From NCBI GenBank assembly GCA_028534125.1, contig CM052816.1, positions 28,150,001 to 28,214,000 of the forward strand: a DNA stretch of 64,000 nucleotides. Reading direction: 5' to 3'. Positions 55,453-64,000 of this stretch are shown here, one piece after another. This DNA is from Lama glama. Lineage: Eukaryota. Position 1 is the stretch's first letter; each line of letters opens with the position of its first letter. The notes under the pieces are model-generated. The model saw only the letters and a program-made list of their open reading frames with translations, was not told the DNA's origin and did not search any database. Made by a program: the position numbers and the translations under genes.

Positions 55453-56300
55453 TTTTTTTTCAAAAATGTCATTTAAAAATTTTTTTTTTTCAGTCATTCA
55501 TGGACATATACACACTCATTGTCACATTTTTTTCTCTGTGATTTATCATAACATTTTGTGTATATTTCCCTGTGCTATACAGTGTAATCTTGTTTATCTA
55601 TTCTACAATTTTGAAATTCCANNNNNNNNNNNNNNNNNNNNNNNNNNNNNNNNNNNNNNNNNNNNNNNNNNNNNNNNNNNNNNNNNNNNNNNNNNNNNNN
55701 NNNNNNNNNNNNNNNNNNNNNNNNNNNNNNNNNNNNNNNNNNNNNNNNNNNNNNNNNNNNNNNNNNNNNNNNNNNNNNNNNNNNNNNNNNNNNNNNNNNN
55801 NNNNNNNNNNNNNNNNNNNNNNNNNNNNNNNNNNNNNNNNNNNNNNNNNNNNNNNNNNNNNNNNNNNNNNNNNNNNNNNNNNNNNNNNNNNNNNNNNNNN
55901 NNNNNNNNNNNNNNNNNNNNNNNNNNNNNNNNNNNNNNNNNNNNNNNNNNNNNNNNNNNNNNNNNNNNNNNNNNNNNNNNNNNNNNNNNNNNNNNNNNNN
56001 NNNNNNNNNNNNNNNNNNNNNNNNNNNNNNNNNNNNNNNNNNNNNNNNNNNNNNNNNNNNNNNNNNNNNNNNNNNNNNNNNNNNNNNNNNNNNNNNNNNN
56101 NNNNNNNNNNNNNNNNNNNNNTCATCCTGAAGTAGATTTCCTTCTGGGTACAAGCCCAGGAGTGGGATTCCTGGGTAATAGGGTAAGTCTATTCCTAGTC
56201 TTTTGAGGAATCTCCACACTGTTTTCCATAGTGGCTGCACCAAACTGCATTCCCACCAGCAGTGTACGAGGGTTCCCCTTTCTCCACAGCCTCTCCAGCA
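55453..56300 (-). mobile_element. Young 5'-truncated LINE-1 spanning the assembly gap
   Basis: [21 protein letters not shown] on minus; 3' UTR like the other copies; TSD tcaaatctattatctt at 55437-55452 and 56301-56316. Confidence 0.9.
55622..56121. other. Assembly gap (500 N)
   Basis: Run of N. Confidence 1.
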
Positions 56301-59300
56301 TCAAATCTATTATCTTATAGCTCTGGAGGTCTGAAGTCCAATATGGGTTTTACAATCTAAAAATCAAGCTAATATTAGCAGGACTGGTCTGATCTGGAGG
56401 CTTTAGGGCAGAATCTGATCCTTGTCCTTTTTCCAGGTTCTAGAAGCTGCCTGCATTCCTTGGCGATCATTTCCTTCCTTCATCTTCAAAACACATCATC
56501 ACTCCAACATCTGTATCTCTTGTCACATCTCCCCTCTAATACGCTCCTATTTCCCTCTCATAAGGACTCTTGTGATTCTATCAGCCCCAACACAGGTAAT
56601 CCAGGGTGATTTTCTCATTTAAAAATCTTTAACCCAATCCCATGTGCAAAAGCTCTTATGACACTTTGACACTTAAGATAACATATTCACAGGTTCTGGG
56701 GATTAAGAGGTGAGGAAGAGTATATTTTTCAGCTACTAAACTGAGACAAAAACAGAGTGTCAGAGTAAATTAACCTATAGTAAAATATAGTAGGCTGTGA
56801 ATAGAAATCTCAGATTAAACAAGAACAATAGGGGAAAAGGGCACAGCAACTATGTAAACATATTGACTAAAACAAAGCAGAATGAAATAAAGAAATTTTG
56901 AAATTGAACAGAGAAACAATACATGAGAATCCTTCATTCTATAGAATTTAAACAACTAGATTCAGTAAAACAAGAGCTCTAAGACAAGACAAGTCAATAT
57001 CAAGAAATAAAAATGGAGAATTAAGAGCTGAGAAAAAGTAAGTTTCTAAACAAGGTCCAAACAGTATAAACAACTGAATGAAAACCAGAAAAACAAAAAA
57101 AGAGAAAACAGCTTCAAACTGAGATATTGGTATATTTGATATAAATGTAAAAGGAAAAGATAAATACAATTAATTAGAAGACAGTAGATAAAAAAGGTCC
57201 ATTGGTGTAACACAACAATAAAGTGATTAATAAATAAACCAGACAATTATTAAAGATGTGATGCAGTAAAACATTGTGAGAATAAAGGAAGAACCAAAAT
57301 CACAAATGAAAGTGTACACATTTTTTAGAGGAAAAAAAAAAGGCAGAGGACAAGTTTCAGAAGTGCATAACCCCAAGTTACATTTAATCTTAAAGAATAA
57401 AACAAAAAAAATTCTTCAGGTATTTTAAGGGAAGAAGCAAGTCACTTTTGAGTGATAAATATTAGGTTGGCTTTACCCTTCCACAAAGCAACACCTATTG
57501 CTTAAAAATAGTAGAGTACTGTCTGCAGCTGTTGAAATAAAGAAAGTGTGATACTGCTCTGTTACTTGCAGCCAAGTTGTTTTCAAGTGTAAATGCAACT
57601 AGCAGGCATCGTCAAATGTGTCAAAATTTTTTCAGGGAATATGTGTTATAAGAGCCATTCTTGAAAAAGTCTCAACTCTGTGATAGAGCCAAGTCAAAAA
57701 TGAATGAAAATGCTGTGAAAAAATATAAACACAGCACTCCAGGCCAAAATACAGTGGAATATTGACAGCAAACATCTAAGGGTGGAGGTAGGAGAGGGGT
57801 GGGAATTGGCCGACCCAATTTATTATACTATGCTCCATGAATGAGGGTTGGATTTGAAGGCGTTCTAGCACTGGTCAAGGTCTACCACTCCAGACTTTGT
57901 CAGCCTGTTCTGTCTTACCATGTGCTCCAACACTATCTAAATTCTGGTGGTACCTCTGCATAATATTTCTCATGCCTGTGCTTTTGTTCAATCTGTTCTT
58001 TCTGTCTTGAAAATTCATACAACATTGGGTGCTCTGATTTTTTTTTTTAATTTTGAAAAAACTTTCCTTCGTGGGGGTAACTTTTTACCGTATTTAGTAC
58101 AGTGTAGGGTTGACTGATCAGCTTTACAATTTTCCAGGTCAGGAATTTCAAAGTATACATCATTATATCCTCAGTTTAGGATGGTAGTGAGTGCTCAGTA
58201 TCCTTTTTCAAGTTAAAAATCCCCTACATACGTAATTATGAAATTTTATGAACGAACAGAATTCACAATAATACAACATCCATGAGCCTTACTTGAAAAT
58301 GCATGCAAAAAATTAAACTGCAAATGAAATTCAGCTAAGTAAGAGACGATTTTAAAAATCCCTCACATCCTAGGAACATGATAAAATGACTGGGTAAGAG
58401 CACCGAATCCATTTAAACACAAACAATGAAACAGAACAAGTAAACAGATTATAATTACAGAAGAGAATGCAGACTTTGAACACTTAAAGTAGAAATAGCT
58501 ACAAAAACTATGGAAAGAGAAGGTGGGTAAAAATGTGTTAATTTTATTTTTAGTGGCAGGATTTAATTGCTGCTACCTAAAAACAAAACTTAGAGTTATA
58601 CCCATCTCAATATTTTTATCTTTATAATCATAAGGGACATTTTAAGTATTAATAAACTTGTGTTTATGAAATATTTAAAATGCAAAAACACTGTTAGCTT
58701 CATTCCTATTTCATTTTTTTGATAAATTCAAGTATAATTAAATTTAATGTTTTATATAATTACAGTATAATTCAACTTCCACAAAATAAATTCTGTTCCT
58801 CTTTCTATCCACTCATTCATTTACACATCCATCCATTTACCCTTGTATTTGTATACAGGCATAAATATGGATATTCAACCAGGATGATAGCCAACTAATG
58901 TTGAAAATGATTGCATTTGAGTAATTTGTGGTAATTTTTAAACTTAAAATTTTTCAGAACTTTGAATTTCTATTTTAATTGTATTACTTCTACAGAAACA
59001 CCAAATTTATGCTAAAATTAAAGAAAATAATGTAAATCTAGAGAAAATACCTTGAAAACTTTGGATAATTAGTTTAGCATTCCTTTCTCTGAGTACCTTT
59101 TCCTGTTAAAGTACTTTTGCTTAATAAGTTGTCATATCTTTGAAAGTTTCTGGTTTTTAAAGGAATACAATAGTCTTGATAAACACTTTTATGTGATTAT
59201 CTTCTTGTAAAATATAAGGTGAAATTTACGAAATTTATAAGCTAACTAAATAGCTTATAATTATGTACAATATCAACTGACTAAAAGTGATCAGTGAAAG

Positions 59301-60639
59301 CACAGAAACACATTCAACATTACTGACCTACTCATTTTGGAACACTGTCCAACGACAGTGAAATGTTTATGAATACAATTTACAACTGCCTGACGAGGTA
59401 CCCTGTTCTGAAGACTTTCTCACAGGCCAAAGTATTTTATTTAATTTTTTTACATTGGCTTTCTAACATTTAATAGTAACTCAGGCCATGGCACAAACTC
59501 TTCTAAACAGACAGCTATAATTATACATCAAGTTAGTCTGAGTCAATGATAAGTTGCCTCCTGGTAAATTTTTAATAGGAAAAAAATCCTCAAGTAATAA
59601 GATGTAAATCAAAATGTAAACCCTCTAAGGGCTGGGTCTATGGTCTACCTTGTTATCTGCTGTATCTCTAGTATCAGCAACATTAGTAGAGATTTGAGAT
59701 TTATTGCACAAAGATATGTATAAATCTGTAAATGAATAAAGACTAATTCAGATGGCCAAAAGTGTGTTGAGCTTTTCTGTGGCTTTGATTACTTAATTTA
59801 TATGAAGTGATGAAATAACAGATTTCATAATACAACATATTAATTCTAACAATATCTTAGCTTTAAAATTCACTTCTATGCATCATTTCTTCTCACAAAA
59901 TTGTAGCCCCGAGTCATAATTTATAAAGAGAAAATGTTAAGAAAGCCTCAGATAGTTAAGCAATCCTCTTGGTCGTATGACTAGTGAATGTGGGATTTCT
60001 AAACTAAGTTAATATGAAATGAAATGAAGTTGGTCTTTCCTTGACCTAGGAGAAACTATATTCTGTTTTGAATGCTGCTCTTAATAATACAATGTTTACT
60101 CAGAACTATTACTTACCAGGTTAGTAAATCAACAGAAATTTTGACTTAATACTATGAGATTTTTAATAATCCTTAACTTTTTAACACTCCCAAACAGCAG
60201 ATTTTGTAGAGGTCAAAAACACTGACTAGAATAGCACTTGCTTGATGCCTGCTCTCAAGAGGAAGATTAAATAACAAATTTCACACTCTACTGTAACATC
60301 TAATCTTTATCAAGTCTCTCTGTTGAAGCGAAATTGTCCAGAGAGAACTGTGAGGTGAGTACAAGAAAGAAAACAGAAAGTGAAAAGAAGACTATGCATT
60401 TCTTCACTGAAGGCTCAATTTTTTCCCCCCTATTTGGGCTTTGCCTCCGACAGCTGGTGGAAGGTAGAATATAGGCAGAGGACTGGGTCAGCAAGGACTG
60501 TATGAGAAAGGGCTAACATCCCAAACCCTTCTTTCAGTCTTCTCTTTAGAATTCTGCCATAATTCTACACTGAATGTGTACCTTGAAAGCAAAGAGACAA
60601 GTGAGGCTAGTTCCTATAGTGACATGAGTGGAGTCAGTT

Positions 60640-60870
60640 TTGCAAATGTAAGGCTGAGCAGTTAAAGAGCAAGAGCTTGGGAGAAAGCTCTGAGTTTAAA
60701 TCCCAAATCTGTTACTTAGTGCCTACTAGAGGTTGGGCAAGAACATTGAATTTTCTATGCTCCAATTTCTTCATCATAAAATGGTGGCAATCCTACGGAG
60801 CCAAAGAGTACATGATAGAAGTCTTAATACACTTTTTGAACTATCATTAGCACTCAAGAAGTATGTACCA
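60640..60870 (+). mobile_element. MIR-like SINE fossil
   Basis: gagtttaaatcccaaatctgttacttag…ttgggcaag…tttcttcatcataaaatgg core-like pattern. Confidence 0.6.
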
Positions 60871-61679
60871 AGAGTTGACTACGCTGAGTATTTTCACATA
60901 AGATGGGGAGAAGAAATTTAAAATCTAAGTTAAATCAAAATGTCAGGGTTTAGCACTGAAAATTCGGTAAAACCAAACTGAAGATATTTAAAACAGCTAA
61001 TTTACTCTGAGCACTTACTCTGTTTAAACATTTTCACATCTTACTTGATTTTAATGATGGAAGTAATTTCATTCAATTCCCTTTCTTTGTTCACCTGTGT
61101 TCAAAATGGCAATTCTCATTTGCCTCTGACAATCTTATGAAAGGCTGCTTCTCTAAAATTCTCTTGAAAATTGGCATTGTGCTCCTTTGATGAATATGAT
61201 TCCATTTCCTTCATTTAAATGCACTTTAAAATGGGCACTCTGACAAATTAGATGCAAAATGTTGTATCTGTTATCCAGCAATGGCTGTCTTTTACTACCT
61301 GTGGTGATAAAAACATCTCTTCTTATGGTGATAAAAAGATGTTAAACATTTAATTGTCTCAAATCACCTACCGTTAACTTTTTTTATGGAAGTTTGTATA
61401 ACAGGAAAAAGTAATGTTCAACAACTTTTTAATAAACTAAATTACCCCAGGAGAAAGTAGTTGCTAACCAACAGATGCTTTGCAAACATACATCTCTTAA
61501 AGGAGGTATCAGTGCTAAATGCCTGACAGTAATATATAAGATTTCTTAGGGACTTATTTTACTTTATTTGTTAAACTGTAATAAAAATTAATGTTTATTC
61601 ATATAATTTTTTATCTGTATACCCGTAATAAAATTCACTACCTTAGTTTCGCTAATAACTTTGAAAAGGTGATTCATAT

Positions 61680-64000
61680 TATTTTTTCTTCCAGTCTTAT
61701 CGAAATAAAATTGATATATAGAACTGTGTAAGTTTAAGGCGTACAGCATAATGATTTGACTTACATATATTATGAAATAATTATCACAATAAGTGTGGTG
61801 AGAATCCATCATCTCATATAGACACCAAAAAAAAAAAAAGGGTTTCTTCCTTGTGATGAGAAATCAGGATTTACTCTTTTACCAACTTTCATATATAACT
61901 TATAGCAGTGTTAATTATATGTATCATGCTGTATATTATAACCCTAATTTTTTTTTACCTTATCAATTGAAGTTTATGTATTTTGCTTAACTTCATCCAA
62001 TTCCCTCTTCCCCAAACCCCCATCTCTGATAACAAGCCTGATCTCTTTTTCTATGAATTATTTGTTTGTTTATTTGTTTATTCTGAAGTATAACTGACCT
62101 ACAAAACTAAGTTAATTCCTGGTACACAATATATTAATTTGATATTTCTACACAATACAAAATAAACACCGTAAGTCTAGTTATGACCTGTCACCATACA
62201 AAGATATTACATAATTACTGACTGTATTCCCCATTCTGTACATTTCCTACCCATGACTCATTAGTTTAGTAACCAAAAGTTTGTACCTCTTAATCAGCTT
62301 CCCCCTACACCTTGCCTCTCTGGCAACTACATGTTTATTGTATCTATGATTCTGTTTCTGTTTACTTGTGTTTATTCATTTGTTTCTGTGTTCTAGATTC
62401 TACATATAAGTGAAATCATGTAGTCTGACTTATTTCCCTTAGCATAAAATGTCAGTCCATCCATGTTGCTGCAAATGGCAAGATTTCATTCTTTCACTGG
62501 CCAAGTAATACTCCAGTGTGTGTGTGTGTGTGTGTGTGTGTACAGATAGATAGATATGTATGTCTTCTTTATGTCTGTCTGTTGATGGGTACCTGGGTTG
62601 CTTCTATATTTTGGCTAATGTAAATAAATAATGATGGTATGAACACCAGGGTGTGTGTATCTTTTTGAACTCGAGTTTTTATTTTATTTGGACATATACA
62701 CAGGAGTGGAGTAGGTGGATCATATGGTACTTTTATTTTTAGTTTTTTGAGGAACTGCCATATGGTTTTCTATATTGGTTACTTCAATTTATATTACCAT
62801 CCACAGTGTATGAAGGTTAGCTCTTCTCCATATTCACTCCAACATTTGATGTTTTTGGTCTTTTTGATGATAGCCGTTTTGATAGGAGGGAAGTGAAATC
62901 TCATTATGGTTTTGATTTGCATTTCTCTAATGATTACCAATACTGAGGATCTTTTCATGTTTCCATTGGCCATCTCTATGTCTTCTTTGGGAAAATGTCT
63001 ATTCAAGTCTTCTGCCCATTTTTAATCAGGTTGTTTGTGAATTTTTTTTTTGATATTGAATTGTATGAGCTGTTTATGTATTTTGAATATTAACTTATTA
63101 TTGGTCATATCATTTGCAAATAATTTTCATTCAGCAGATTGCCTTTTTTTGTCAATGGTTTCCCTTCCTATACAAAAGCTTTTAAATTTTTAGATTCAAT
63201 TTGTTTATTTTTGCCTTTCTTTCTTTTGCCTTAGGAGACATATTCAAAAAAAGATGCCTAAGGTTTATGTCAAAGAGTGTTCTGCAACATTCTCTGCTAG
63301 GAGTTTTACAGTTTCCAGTCTTATATTTAGAACTTTAATCCATTTTGAGTTTATTTTTGTATACGGAATGAGAAAGTGTTCTAATTTCATTCTTTCACAT
63401 TAGCTGTCCAGTTTTCCAAGCACCATTTATTGAAAAGATAAATGTGCCTTTTCTCCACTGTGTATTTTTGCCTCCTTTGTTGTACATTGATCGACCATAA
63501 ATATGTGGGTTTATTTCTGATCTCTCTATTCTGTTCCATTGATCTGTGGGTCTGTTTTTGTACCAATACCATGCTGCTTTGTTACTGTAGCTTTGTAGTA
63601 TAGCCTGAAGTCAAGGATACTGATACCTCTTGCCTTATGCTGTTTTCTTCAGATTGACTTGGCTATTCAGGATCTTCTGTGTTTCCATAAAAATTTTATA
63701 AATATTTGTTCTAGTTCTGTTAAAAATGCCATTGATGTTTTGATCCGGATTGCACTGAATCTCTAACTGGTCAAGGACAGCATTATGATTTTATTTTATC
63801 ACAATATTAATTCTTCCAATCCATGAACCTTGAGTATCCTTCCATATTTGCGTTGTCTTCAGTTTCTTTCATCAGTGTCTTACAGTTTTTGAAGTACAGG
63901 TCTTTCACCTCCTTAGACTTATTCCTAGGTGTTTTGTTCCTTATGATGTAATTGTAAATGAAATTGTTATCTTAATTTCTCTTGCTGATGTTGTATTGTT
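61680..64000 (-). mobile_element. Older LINE-1 (3' UTR + ORF2 C-terminus), continues past the window end; internal (TG)n at about 62516-62541
   Basis: ORF2 peptides on minus ([13 protein letters not shown]…[19 protein letters not shown]) and an L1MA/MB-type 3' UTR. Confidence 0.9.

Larger units (their letters stand above)
55381..56720 (-). mobile_element. MaLR LTR (MLT1-like) interrupted by an L1
   Basis: tgtgttagtttcctattg…tagtggcttaaa…[L1]…atagctctggaggtctgaagtccaa…taacatattcacaggttctggggatta. Confidence 0.75.

Noticed and set aside
55466..56243. Long ORFs of 175-246 aa
   Set aside because: Artefacts of translating through the N gap.
61300..61345. Paired tggtgataaaaa (GATA-like) motifs
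   Set aside because: Short AT-rich repeat; no independent evidence for an enhancer.

Overview
AT-rich, repeat-dense mammalian genomic DNA, probably camelid: three tRNA-derived SINEs resemble the vic-1 family as I recall it. There is a 500-N scaffold gap at 55622-56121. The only protein-coding gene I can support is a minus-strand, spliced FAM170A-family gene (testis-type zinc-finger protein). Its coding exons are 53701-53632, 51974-51840, 42978-42838 and 40480-39762, which join in frame to 354 aa. The locus appears to have multiplied its symmetric phase-1 'exon 2' module (SEY[F/I]SC[V/A]S motif) into two spliceable and about three decayed copies. It also has a strongly basic C-terminal tail where human FAM170A is acidic. 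The rest is LINE-1 (two with twin-priming 5' inversions), a decayed class I ERV with a nested solo LTR, other LTRs, MaLRs, DNA-transposon fossils, MIRs and microsatellites. Family names and human FAM170A comparisons come from memory, not database searches. Boundaries of old repeats are approximate.
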